Positions 7,055 to 16,970 of a stretch of 64,000 bases of DNA are shown piece by piece (the first letter of the stretch is position 1; each line of letters begins with the position of its first letter). Below the pieces are notes generated by a model. That model searched no databases. It was given only the letters and a program-made list of their open reading frames with translations, and was not told where the DNA came from. Both the position numbers and the translations under genes were made by a program. This DNA comes from Opitutales bacterium (lineage in GTDB: Bacteria; Verrucomicrobiota; Verrucomicrobiia; Opitutales; PNEW01). The stretch is from the NCBI GenBank assembly GCA_965197745.1, contig CBDANS010000006.1, forward strand, positions 768,001 to 832,000. Reading direction: 5' to 3'.

Positions 7055-8791
7055 ATGCTCCATAAAACAAAACAAGGTAGCGGCGCTCGCACATACAGTG
7101 AGTTATCACCATTAGATCCGGACATTGAAATTGCACGCAGGGCAAGTCTGGATCCAATCGCTGATGTAGCGCGCCATTCGGGATTAGAACCGAATGAAGT
7201 CGACCCTTATGGCTCGACCAAAGCAAAAATAAATGATCAGGCCTTTAAGCGATTGGATAAGCACCCCGAGGGAAAATTAATTTTAGTCACAGCAATGACA
7301 CCCACACCGGCGGGTGAAGGTAAAACGGTAACGAGCATTGGCCTGGCCCAAGCTTTGGGCAAAATGAAACGCCCTCATATGCTGGCTTTACGTGAGCCAT
7401 CGCTGGGGCCCACATTTGGCCTGAAAGGAGGCGCAGCGGGTGGTGGATATGCCCAGGTTCTACCGATGGAAGATATCAACCTGCATTTTACGGGAGACAT
7501 GCACGCCGTAACAACCGCCCACAATTTGCTGGCCGCGGTTGTCGATAACCATGTATTCCATGGTAATAAGCTGGGGATCGATCCCCAAAAAATAGTATGG
7601 CGCCGCGTCATAGATTTATGCGACCGCCAGTTAAGGCAGTGTGATATCGGACTGGGGTCGAAATTTGACGGCTTTCCCCACCGCTCAGGCTTTGATATTA
7701 CGGCATCCTCAGAGATCATGGCTATCCTTTCACTGACGAAGGACCTCCATGATCTAAAAGACCGGCTTGAACGAATTGTTGTCGCTTACAACCAGGATGA
7801 TGAACCCCTATTTGCATCCCAATTGAACGTCGTGGGGGCGATGATGGTATTACTCAAAGACGCGATAAGCCCGAATCTAGTCCAGACAATTGAAAATACT
7901 CCGGCTATTATTCACTGTGGACCTTTTGGCAACATCGCCCACGGCTGTAACAGTGTCCGGGCCACACAGATTGCTTTAAAACTGACTGATTACGTTGTGA
8001 CGGAAGCGGGATTTGCCGCTGATTTAGGTGCTGAAAAATTTATTGATATCAAATGCCGACTGGCCGGGATAAAACCTGATGTTGCCGTCCTCGTGACAAC
8101 TTGCCGGGCGCTTAAAATGCATGGCGGTGTGCCGAGGGAAGAGATCGACAAAAAGAACCTTGAGGCCCTCGAAACAGGCTTCGCTAATTTGCGTATTCAC
8201 ATTGAAAACCTAAAAAAATTTCATCTTCCCACTGTTGTTGCGGTCAACCGATTTCTCAGTGACAGCCCGGCTGAACTGGACCTCGTATTTAAATTTTGTA
8301 AGGAGCAGGATACCCCCGCGGCCCTATCGGAAGTAGCTGCGTTCGGTGGCGATGGTGGTTTAGAATTAGCGGGTGAAGTTCTGTCGATAATCGAAAAGAA
8401 CGACAAAACGGATTCCCGCTTACACTATCTGTATGATGTTGATTTGCCCATTAAAGAGAAAATTGAAATTATTGCGCGGGAGATATACCGAGCTGATGGA
8501 GTCGATTATCACGAATTAGCTGAGGAGAATATTAATAGGCTGGAGCGACACGGTCTGAATAATTTGCCGGTCTGCATGGCGAAAACCCAGTTCTCGATAT
8601 CCGACAACCCAAAAAAGCTGGGCGCTCCCACGAATTGGCGATTAACGGTTCGTGAAGTCAAGATCAGCAACGGTGCCGGGTACCTGGTAGCTGTTACGGG
8701 GAAAATGCTGCTTATGCCGGGAATGCCCAAACAAGCGGCCATTGAAAAAATTGGCATCGATGATGACGGCAACAGCTATGGGCTGTCATAG
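7055..8791 (+). CDS. fhs: Formate--tetrahydrofolate ligase
   Basis: TPTPAGEGKT, KGGAAGGGY, GPFGNIAHG, VTEAGF, CMAKTQFS, MPGMPK motifs. Confidence 0.97.
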   Translation: MLHKTKQGSGARTYSELSPLDPDIEIARRASLDPIADVARHSGLEPNEVDPYGSTKAKINDQAFKRLDKHPEGKLILVTAMTPTPAGEGKTVTSIGLAQALGKMKRPHMLALREPSLGPTFGLKGGAAGGGYAQVLPMEDINLHFTGDMHAVTTAHNLLAAVVDNHVFHGNKLGIDPQKIVWRRVIDLCDRQLRQCDIGLGSKFDGFPHRSGFDITASSEIMAILSLTKDLHDLKDRLERIVVAYNQDDEPLFASQLNVVGAMMVLLKDAISPNLVQTIENTPAIIHCGPFGNIAHGCNSVRATQIALKLTDYVVTEAGFAADLGAEKFIDIKCRLAGIKPDVAVLVTTCRALKMHGGVPREEIDKKNLEALETGFANLRIHIENLKKFHLPTVVAVNRFLSDSPAELDLVFKFCKEQDTPAALSEVAAFGGDGGLELAGEVLSIIEKNDKTDSRLHYLYDVDLPIKEKIEIIAREIYRADGVDYHELAEENINRLERHGLNNLPVCMAKTQFSISDNPKKLGAPTNWRLTVREVKISNGAGYLVAVTGKMLLMPGMPKQAAIEKIGIDDDGNSYGLS

Positions 8792-8843
8792 CAATTTCCG
8801 CCCTCGGTATATTGGATCACAATACCATAAGCACTGATCACCC

Positions 8844-10085
8844 ATGCCCTACCGTCTTTTACGTTTCGCACTGAACAAGAAATACCCTGAGCCTCGCATG
8901 TTCACCGAGCCTGATAAGCTCAAAAAACATTACGATGTAGTCATTATTGGAGGTGGGGGTCATGGATTAGCAGCAGCCTATTACCTGGCACGCGACTACG
9001 GTATAACCAACGTGGCAGTACTTGAAAAAAACTATATCGGAAGCGGGGGGACCGGGAGAAACACGGCCATTGTCCGCGCAAACTACCTCACTGCTGAAGG
9101 AGTGCGCTTTTACGACCAAAGTGTTAAACTGTTTCAGGATCTGTCAGCTGAATTTGACCTGAACCTCTTTTACTCTGAGCGCGGCCATTTTACCATGGCT
9201 CACAGTGATTCCGCCCTCCGCACCATGCGCTGGCGCGCAGAAGTCAATAAGCATTTAGGTGTCGACAGTATCCTCGTTGACCGAGCATTCATTAAGGGAA
9301 AAATACCGGAGATCGATCTCGATTGCGGAGATAATATGCCTATCGTTGGCGCCCTCTACCACCCGCCGGGTGCGATCGCGCGCCATGATGCCGTGGCCTG
9401 GGGTTACGGCCGCGGTGCAGACAGGCGCGGTGCGGAAATCCACCAGCAGACTACCGTCACCGGCATCGAAGTGAAAAATGATAAAGTAGTGGGGGTAAAG
9501 ACGGACAAAGGCACTATTGAAACACCCCGTGTTCTCTCTGCGGTTGCCGGCTATACACCACGCATTACGCAGATGTTAGGCCTTCGTACCCCCATTGTTG
9601 TTCACCCTCTCCAGGCCTATGTGACCGAGCCAACGAAGCCCTGGCTGAACGCCATCGTCGTCTCGGCTAGTTTTCATTTATATATCAGCCAGTCTTCACG
9701 GGGGGAGCTGGTTATGGGCGCTGCACTCGATCCTTATGAATTGCACTCGACGCGTTCCACCCTGGATTTTGCCGAAGGATTATCGGGCCATACCCTGGAA
9801 CTTTTCCCTTTTCTCTCCGATATCAAGGTTCTGCGCCAGTGGGCTGGATTGTCGGACATGACACCGGACTTTTCACCGATCATGGGGAAAACGCGGATCC
9901 ATGGGTTTTACATCGACGCGGGTTGGGGGACCTGGGGTTTTAAAGCAACCCCGATAAGTGGAAAAACCATGGCTTATACCGTGGCGAATGATGACGATCA
10001 CGAAACCATTAAACCCTTCAACCTTTCTCGATTCGAGCAATATGAACTTGTCGGCGAAAAAGGAGCCGCATCGGTGGGTCACTGA
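8844..10085 (+). CDS. mgdA: N-methylglutamate dehydrogenase / sarcosine oxidase-type beta subunit
   Basis: IIGGGGHGLA, GRNTAIVRANY, ARHDAVAWGY, GWGTWGFKA; context with gmaS and mgsABC favours mgdA over soxB. Confidence 0.88.
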   Translation: MPYRLLRFALNKKYPEPRMFTEPDKLKKHYDVVIIGGGGHGLAAAYYLARDYGITNVAVLEKNYIGSGGTGRNTAIVRANYLTAEGVRFYDQSVKLFQDLSAEFDLNLFYSERGHFTMAHSDSALRTMRWRAEVNKHLGVDSILVDRAFIKGKIPEIDLDCGDNMPIVGALYHPPGAIARHDAVAWGYGRGADRRGAEIHQQTTVTGIEVKNDKVVGVKTDKGTIETPRVLSAVAGYTPRITQMLGLRTPIVVHPLQAYVTEPTKPWLNAIVVSASFHLYISQSSRGELVMGAALDPYELHSTRSTLDFAEGLSGHTLELFPFLSDIKVLRQWAGLSDMTPDFSPIMGKTRIHGFYIDAGWGTWGFKATPISGKTMAYTVANDDDHETIKPFNLSRFEQYELVGEKGAASVGH

Positions 10086-10087
10086 GT

Positions 10088-10354
10088 ATGAAGATTCTCG
10101 AATGTCCCGTTAACGGTCCGCGGCCCATCCAGGAATTTATCTATGGCGGGGAGTACCGCCCTATGCCCGAACCCGATAAAGTCTCCGATGATTCCTGGGC
10201 AGACTATGTCTTCAATCGATCCGGGGAGCCGGGAATTAAGCGAGAATGGTGGTATCATATCGCCAGCGGAACCTGGTTCATCGCCGAACGTGACACCTTG
10301 AATGATGTCTTCATCCGAACTTACTTGCACGGGAAAATGAATAATAATGAGTGA
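10088..10354 (+). CDS. mgdB: N-methylglutamate dehydrogenase / sarcosine oxidase-type delta subunit
   Basis: CPVNGPR..EFIYGGE, EWWYH, RDT motifs. Confidence 0.88.
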   Translation: MKILECPVNGPRPIQEFIYGGEYRPMPEPDKVSDDSWADYVFNRSGEPGIKREWWYHIASGTWFIAERDTLNDVFIRTYLHGKMNNNE

Positions 10355-13259
10355 ACGATTAGAGCAACGGTCAGGAGAATGGATCGACCGTTCGAGAACG
10401 GTTCGTTTTCAATTTGAAGGGGAAACTTATACCGGATTTGCCGGTGACACCATCAGTTCTGCCCTATGGGCCAACGGTGTGCGTGTGCTGGGTCGCAGTT
10501 TTAAATATCATCGTTGCCGCGGTATTTTTGGATTCGCTGATGTCGATTGCAATGCAATGGTGGAATCGGATTCCACAACTAATATCCGCGCTGATCTCAC
10601 ACCGATAGAAGAGGGCATGTCAGTCAGGGCTGTAAACACTTCGGGTAATTTAAAAAAGGACCGCTTGCGTTTTTTAGATTTCTTTGGCGCGTTCACACCT
10701 GTGGGTTTTTATTACAAGGCATTTCACACCCCGAAAAAACTGTTTCCCTTTTATGAAAACCAGATCAGAAAAATCGCAGGGCTGGGAACGGTCAACACAA
10801 ACAAGCCATTGAAGCCGGTTATCAAGGACTACGACTTTTGTGATATACTGATTATAGGATCCGGGCCGTCCGGTTTATCGGCAGCCATTAAGGCGGCAGA
10901 GAGCGGAGCCGATGTGCTCATTGTCGATGAAAATCCTCACCCGGGAGGAACCTTTACCTATCAATATAAAGGCCATGATGCGGAAAATGATTTATTAAAT
11001 CAACTCTTAGAAAAAGTTATAGATCATGAAAATATTGAATTGCGAACCGCTACCATAGCTTCCGGCTATTACGCCGACCACTGGGTCTGCCTCGCGAATA
11101 AAGAACGGATGACAAAACTGCGGGCGCGCGCAGTAGTGGTGGCCTCAGGATGTTATGAACAACCGGCAGTCTTTCACAATAATGACCTACCCGGTGTGAT
11201 GTTGGCCAGTGCTGCATTGCGTTTAATAAACCATTACGCGGTGAAACCTTTTCATAATGTTGTCATTCTCGCAGCTAACACCGATGGGTACCGATGCGCA
11301 ATGGATCTTCATGAAGCGGGTATAAATGTTGTTTCGCTTGTCGATCTTAGAAATGCTGGTGAAAACTCGGAACTCAACAGGAGAGTAAAAGGTTCAGGTA
11401 TCCCCATCATACCCGGCCATTACATCTATGAAGCCATTCCCGGACGAGGAAAACAATCCGTGCGCGGCGCGGTATTACGCTCCGTAGATGCCGATAGTAT
11501 GTCGATAAAGGAATCGGAAAAAATTTTAAATTGTGATGGCATCATCTTGAGTGTGGGCTGGACGCCTGCTGATGGAATACTGCGTCAGGGAAACACGCGC
11601 ATGGAATATAATAACACCCTGGAACAGTTCATTCCTGCTGAATGCGCAGAAGGAGTATTTGCCGCAGGCCGGGTCAACGGTATTTTTGAATTAGATAAAA
11701 AACTGGTGGACGGCCGATGCGCCGGCATTGAAGCAGCAACGTATATAGGCCTGGTTAAAAACAATTCAGAAAAAAGACCCTCATACGATCGATCGTCGAG
11801 AAGCCACCCCTACCCCATTTATGACCACCCAAAAGGGAAAAACTTTATCGATCTTGATGAGGATGTACAGCTCAAGGATATTGTTAATTCAATCAGTGAA
11901 GGTTACGATAGTGCCGAACTTTTAAAACGCTATTCTACTCTCGGAATGGGGCCCAGCCAGGGCAAGCACTCCAATCTCCTCGCCTTGAGGATCCTCGCGC
12001 GCACGCGCGGGGAGACTATGACGGGTAAGCAGATCACCACCGCCCGTCCCTTCACCTCACCTGTCAGCATGGGACATCTCGCCGGTCGGATTTTTACTCC
12101 ACAACGCCGCACGCCACTGCATGGACGACACCAAGCATTGGGCGCGATATTCATGTATGCTGGAAACTGGTTGCGCCCGGAATATTACGCAGTGAAAGAA
12201 TTCAAACGCAGTCAATGTATAGCCGCTGAAGTAGCAAATGTCCGCGTACGTCTTGGCCTAATCGATCAGGGAACACTCGGTAAAATAGAGATCAGCGGTC
12301 CCGACGTAATCACCTTGCTGGAAAGAATCTACACCGGGCGATTCGCTAAGCTGAAAGTGGGTATGACACGATACGGATTAATGTGCGACGAAAGCGGAGT
12401 GATCATCGATGATGGCGTTATCGCTCGTCCAGGAGAAGACCGTTATTATGTAAGCACCACCACTTCGGGCTCGGATGGCATCTATCAGGAATTACAGCGA
12501 CATGTGATTGAATCGGACCTGGAGGTAGTATTAGTCAATGCCACGAGTACCTACTTCGCGATGAACCTGGCCGGCCCCCATTCCCGCAAAGTGTTACAAC
12601 CGCTCACTGATGTAAGCCTCGAGCAGGAAGCATTTCCTTATTTAGGCATTCGCGAAGGCAATGTTGCCGATGTCCCCGCGAGATTAACCCGTGTCGGGTT
12701 TGTGGGGGAACTGGGTTATGAGATTCACCTTCCTGTCGACGGCGCGGTGACGGCGTGGGATGCAATTATGGATGCGGGAAAACCTTATGGAATAAAACCT
12801 TTTGGGGTGGAAGCGCAACGCGTCCTTAGATTAGAGAAAGGCCACATCATTGTTAGCCAGGATACGGACGGTCTTACCCAACCTTTCGAAGCCGGTATGA
12901 GATGGGCAGTAAAAATGGAGAAGCCGTTCTTTGTTGGCCAGAGAAGCCTGAATATTATTGAGAAAATGAAACTCGAACGAAAGCTCGTTGGATTCACTTT
13001 ACCTGAAAATTACACAGGCTCTGAACCGAAAGAGTGCAATCTCGTGATTAAGAACGACAAGATGATCGGCCGTGTCACAAGTATCGGATTTAGTCCAACC
13101 CTAGGAAGGTTAATAGGTTTGGCCTATACAAACGCGGAAGACAGTGAAGCGAGGTCAACCTTACAAATAAAGCTGGATGACGCGTCACTCGTTGAAGCAA
13201 CAGTCGTAAAAACGCCATTTTATGACCCGCAAAATTTAAGACAGAATATTAGTGAATAA
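10347..13259 (+). CDS. mgdC: N-methylglutamate dehydrogenase / sarcosine oxidase-type alpha subunit
   Basis: GDTISSAL..GRSFKYHR, GFYYKAF, LKRYSTLGMGPSQG, C-terminal GcvT folate-binding domain. Confidence 0.9.
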   Translation: MSERLEQRSGEWIDRSRTVRFQFEGETYTGFAGDTISSALWANGVRVLGRSFKYHRCRGIFGFADVDCNAMVESDSTTNIRADLTPIEEGMSVRAVNTSGNLKKDRLRFLDFFGAFTPVGFYYKAFHTPKKLFPFYENQIRKIAGLGTVNTNKPLKPVIKDYDFCDILIIGSGPSGLSAAIKAAESGADVLIVDENPHPGGTFTYQYKGHDAENDLLNQLLEKVIDHENIELRTATIASGYYADHWVCLANKERMTKLRARAVVVASGCYEQPAVFHNNDLPGVMLASAALRLINHYAVKPFHNVVILAANTDGYRCAMDLHEAGINVVSLVDLRNAGENSELNRRVKGSGIPIIPGHYIYEAIPGRGKQSVRGAVLRSVDADSMSIKESEKILNCDGIILSVGWTPADGILRQGNTRMEYNNTLEQFIPAECAEGVFAAGRVNGIFELDKKLVDGRCAGIEAATYIGLVKNNSEKRPSYDRSSRSHPYPIYDHPKGKNFIDLDEDVQLKDIVNSISEGYDSAELLKRYSTLGMGPSQGKHSNLLALRILARTRGETMTGKQITTARPFTSPVSMGHLAGRIFTPQRRTPLHGRHQALGAIFMYAGNWLRPEYYAVKEFKRSQCIAAEVANVRVRLGLIDQGTLGKIEISGPDVITLLERIYTGRFAKLKVGMTRYGLMCDESGVIIDDGVIARPGEDRYYVSTTTSGSDGIYQELQRHVIESDLEVVLVNATSTYFAMNLAGPHSRKVLQPLTDVSLEQEAFPYLGIREGNVADVPARLTRVGFVGELGYEIHLPVDGAVTAWDAIMDAGKPYGIKPFGVEAQRVLRLEKGHIIVSQDTDGLTQPFEAGMRWAVKMEKPFFVGQRSLNIIEKMKLERKLVGFTLPENYTGSEPKECNLVIKNDKMIGRVTSIGFSPTLGRLIGLAYTNAEDSEARSTLQIKLDDASLVEATVVKTPFYDPQNLRQNISE

Positions 13260-13276
13260 AAAAGGAGCTTTCCTGA

Positions 13277-13921
13277 ATGTATCTTAGACGCAGTGCTCTT
13301 CACAGTGAATTAGAAAAACGGAAGCCCGTTTGGGGAACCCTGCACGGAATGGAAGTTCCCTTGCATTATGGAAGTGAACAGTCAGAATCGGCGTCCATGC
13401 GTGAACTGGCACTATGCGATGTAAGCGCCCTGTTTAAACTGGGAATAAAGGGACGAAACGCGGAAACGTGGCTGAGAAATCAAAGCATACCGATCCCTGA
13501 AGAAATTTACGCATGGCAGGAATTTGAGAATGGATTAATAATCCGTGTGGCACAGGACGAATTTTTTCTCGAAGACAATTTTATTGGGGGCAAGATTGCC
13601 GAACTGAGCCGTATCCTCGGTCAGGGTGAAGCGGGTGTCTATCGAGTGGAACGTCAGGATACCGGATTACTATTAAGTGGTAATCGATCACAGGAAGTAC
13701 TGGCCCAAACCTGTTCATACCCATTCAATAATCACAAGGAGAAACTTGTCATGACGAGGGTTGCTCTCGTATCGTGTTCCATCCTACCCATGAATGTATC
13801 GGGAGTTGAGACATATCGGATTTGGTTCAATGCCGCGCACGGCATTTACTTGTGGAATTCACTTACGGAAATTGTGGAAGAACTTGAAGGTAAAACTGTG
13901 GGGGTCGCTGCTTTTATGTAA
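13277..13921 (+). CDS. mgdD: N-methylglutamate dehydrogenase / sarcosine oxidase-type gamma subunit
   Basis: LCDVSALFKLGIKG GcvT-like N-terminus; operon position. Confidence 0.8.
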   Translation: MYLRRSALHSELEKRKPVWGTLHGMEVPLHYGSEQSESASMRELALCDVSALFKLGIKGRNAETWLRNQSIPIPEEIYAWQEFENGLIIRVAQDEFFLEDNFIGGKIAELSRILGQGEAGVYRVERQDTGLLLSGNRSQEVLAQTCSYPFNNHKEKLVMTRVALVSCSILPMNVSGVETYRIWFNAAHGIYLWNSLTEIVEELEGKTVGVAAFM

Positions 13922-14052
13922 GTTGCAAATATAATGGTTAATACATTAAACCTCAATTTCGCGGACGTGACACCCCTGTAAGGTTTTTCTCAAAACTTAA
14001 TAATTCAGAAATTAAATTAAAAATTATAACCCAATATAAATGAGTAGTGATT

Positions 14053-15387
14053 ATGAATGCTAATGAAGCCAAAACGTTTTTAAAGGACCACAAGGTAAAA
14101 TATGTGTTGGCACAATTTGTGGACGTCCATGGTGTAGCGAAAACTAAAGCGGTTCCGGTTGGCCATTTTGACGATATCCTCACCGATGGCGCGGGTTTCG
14201 CGGGATTTGCGGTATGGGGAATGGGGCAGGAACCTCATGACCCTGATTTCATGGCCGTGGGCGATCCTTCCACATTATCACTAGTCCCCTGGCAGGATGG
14301 GTTTGCGAGAATGGTCTGTAACGGAATGGTAAATAATGAACCCTGGCCTTTTGACACGCGCTACATTCTCTCCCAACAATTGAATCGATTTAAAGAGCGC
14401 GGGTGGACGCTGAATACCGGGCTGGAACCCGAGTTCATGCTTCTTTTAAAAAATGATGACGGCACGGTGAGACCCGCTGATCCCAGTGATCGGCTCGATA
14501 AACCCTGCTATGATTATAAGGGATTGTCGAGAAGCCGGGGTTTTATCGAAAAGCTTGTCGATTCTCTCATGACCGTTGGCTATGACGTCTACCAGATCGA
14601 TCACGAAGATTCGAACGGGCAGTTTGAAATCAATTTCACCTATACTGACGCCATGACTACTGCCGATCGTTATATCTTTTTTCGCATGGCCGCCGGAGAA
14701 ATTGCCCGCGAGTTTGGTGTCATCTGCTCTTTTATGCCAAAGCCAATGGCAACGCGAACGGGAAGTGGCATGCACACCCATATTTCTATCAGCGATAAAG
14801 ATGGGAATCAGTTATTTGAAGACGAGTCTGATAAAAATAATTTAGGTCTCTCATCCCTGGCTTATCATTTTATGGGTGGTCTCTTTGAACACGCTCCCGC
14901 TCTTGCCGCATTAGTCGCGCCATCGGTCAACTCCTACAAAAGGTTAGTTGTCGGTCGAGCGCTCTCCGGAGCCACCTGGGCACCCGCCTATATTTCGTAT
15001 GGTGACAATAATCGAACAAGCATGGTACGTGTGCCTCATGGGCGCCTCGAACTCAGGCTCAGCGATTCCAGTTGTAATCCTTATCTCTCAACTGCGGCTA
15101 TCATTGTCGCGGGATTGGACGGGATTGAACGCAATCTTGATCCGGGCAAACCGCATAATATCAATCATTACAATTACTCGCTCGAAGAAATTCAGGCGAT
15201 GGGAATCAAAATTCTTCCCCAGACCTTAAAAGAAGCAATTGACGCACTTGAAAAGGATACATTGTTCAGTGAGCAATTGGGCAGCGATTTCATTAAAGAA
15301 TTTATTATGGTAAAGGATATGGAATGGGTAGAGTACTCACGCCATGTATCCGATTGGGAACTCAATCGCTATCTTGAATATTATTAA
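14053..15387 (+). CDS. gmaS: Gamma-glutamylmethylamide synthetase (GlnT-type glutamine synthetase homolog)
   Basis: [34 protein letters not shown] motifs; directly upstream of mgsABC. Confidence 0.9.
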   Translation: MNANEAKTFLKDHKVKYVLAQFVDVHGVAKTKAVPVGHFDDILTDGAGFAGFAVWGMGQEPHDPDFMAVGDPSTLSLVPWQDGFARMVCNGMVNNEPWPFDTRYILSQQLNRFKERGWTLNTGLEPEFMLLLKNDDGTVRPADPSDRLDKPCYDYKGLSRSRGFIEKLVDSLMTVGYDVYQIDHEDSNGQFEINFTYTDAMTTADRYIFFRMAAGEIAREFGVICSFMPKPMATRTGSGMHTHISISDKDGNQLFEDESDKNNLGLSSLAYHFMGGLFEHAPALAALVAPSVNSYKRLVVGRALSGATWAPAYISYGDNNRTSMVRVPHGRLELRLSDSSCNPYLSTAAIIVAGLDGIERNLDPGKPHNINHYNYSLEEIQAMGIKILPQTLKEAIDALEKDTLFSEQLGSDFIKEFIMVKDMEWVEYSRHVSDWELNRYLEYY

Positions 15388-15405
15388 TTTTTCGGGATCC
15401 AATAT

Positions 15406-16296
15406 ATGTGCGGCATCGTAGGACTATTTGCCAAAAAAAAGGAGATGAGGGAATCTCTGGGTAGCTACGTTGTCCCGATGATTGTTTGCATGGGTGATCG
15501 TGGTCAGGATTCAACGGGTCTTGCCGTGTTCAACGAGCAAATAAAAAAAAATGGCCATCGCATAAATTTATTCTCTCGGGATCATGCCTTTCCATGGGAC
15601 CAATTATCTGAGCGACTTTCTAAGGAGGTAAAATGTGAATTCAAGGTCATTGATAACCATGCTATCATCATATCATCGGAAGATACGCAAAAGGTGATCG
15701 ATTGGCTGAGGGAACATTTTCCAGAGCTTTTTGTTCTCTCCACGGGACAAACCATCGACGTCTTTAAAGATACGGGGCACCCTCGTGATATAGCAGAAAG
15801 ATATCAATTTAATGAATTAAATGGCACGCACTGTGTGGGGCATACAAGGATGGCTACGGAATCCGCGGTTACCCCCTATCACTCGCATCCCTTCATTGCC
15901 GGTGAAGATTTATGTCTCGTGCATAACGGTTCACTTTCCAACCATCACAACTTAAGGCGCATGCTTGAAAAGCGAGGCATTCATTTTGAGACCGATAATG
16001 ATACGGAAGCAGTATGCCGTTACCTGCAATGGCGCATGCGGGAAGGCGATACGATTGAAGAGGCCCTGCAACGCGCCTTCGAGGAAGTGGATGGATTTTA
16101 CACCCTGCTTATTGGCACCGAAGACCGGATCGTTCTTGTTCGCGATGCTTTTGCCTGTAAACCTGCGGTAATAGCGGAAACAGATGATTATGTGGCTATC
16201 GGATCTGAATTTCGAACGATGGCCCATCTGCCGGAGATAGAACACGCACAGCTATACGAGCCCAGACCCAAAGAGATTTATTCATGGAAAGTTTAG
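15406..16296 (+). CDS. mgsA: N-methylglutamate synthase subunit A (class II amidotransferase, GlxB)
   Basis: MCGIVG start, HTRMATES, HNGSLSNH, RDAFACKPAV. Confidence 0.9.
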   Translation: MCGIVGLFAKKKEMRESLGSYVVPMIVCMGDRGQDSTGLAVFNEQIKKNGHRINLFSRDHAFPWDQLSERLSKEVKCEFKVIDNHAIIISSEDTQKVIDWLREHFPELFVLSTGQTIDVFKDTGHPRDIAERYQFNELNGTHCVGHTRMATESAVTPYHSHPFIAGEDLCLVHNGSLSNHHNLRRMLEKRGIHFETDNDTEAVCRYLQWRMREGDTIEEALQRAFEEVDGFYTLLIGTEDRIVLVRDAFACKPAVIAETDDYVAIGSEFRTMAHLPEIEHAQLYEPRPKEIYSWKV

Positions 16297-16970
16297 ATTT
16301 GGCCAATCAACCCATCCGAGAAATCAACCAGTATTTTCACCAGCTTGATGCCTCGGACACGCGCGAGATTGAAATCCACCACCCGAACGGCGCGCATAAT
16401 ATCGCGGTTGGCCTCAACGCGCCAGTCAAAGTGCATATTCACGGTCACGCCGGATATTTTATCGCTGGCATGAATAAACAGGCAGAAATCATTATACACG
16501 GAAACGTGGGGTGGAGCGTAGCTGAAAATATGATGTCAGGGGTTGTCAGGGTGAATGGTTTCGCTTCGGAATGCGCAGGGGCATCCGGACATGGCGGTCT
16601 TCTCATTATTAAAGGCGATGCCTCATCCCGCTGCGGGATATCGATAAAAGGTTGTAATATTGTAGTCGGTGGAAATGTCGGACATATGTCCGCATTCATG
16701 GCACAGGCAGGGTATTTACTTGTTTGTGGTGACGCGGATCATGGTCTGGGCGACTCCCTCTATGAAGCGGTAATTTACATAAGAGGAAAAATTCACGGCC
16801 TGGGCGCGGATGCCCGTGAAGAATCGATGAATGAATCAGATTATGCCAAGGTAAATGAACTTTTGGAAATGTCAGAATTCAAATATGATCCCCAAGAATT
16901 TAAACGGGTCGCCTCGGCGAAAACCCTTTACCATTGGTCACCAAACTCCATATCGTCAGCCGTGCTATGA
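16284..16970 (+). CDS. mgsB: N-methylglutamate synthase subunit B (GXGXG domain, GlxC)
   Basis: GAHNIAVGL, VAENMMSG, SRCGISIKG, LGDSLYEA. Confidence 0.9.
   Translation: MESLDLANQPIREINQYFHQLDASDTREIEIHHPNGAHNIAVGLNAPVKVHIHGHAGYFIAGMNKQAEIIIHGNVGWSVAENMMSGVVRVNGFASECAGASGHGGLLIIKGDASSRCGISIKGCNIVVGGNVGHMSAFMAQAGYLLVCGDADHGLGDSLYEAVIYIRGKIHGLGADAREESMNESDYAKVNELLEMSEFKYDPQEFKRVASAKTLYHWSPNSISSAVL

Noticed and set aside
8844..13921. Ordinary sarcosine oxidase soxBDAG
   Set aside because: Direct linkage to gmaS and mgsABC favours N-methylglutamate dehydrogenase; some activity on sarcosine cannot be excluded
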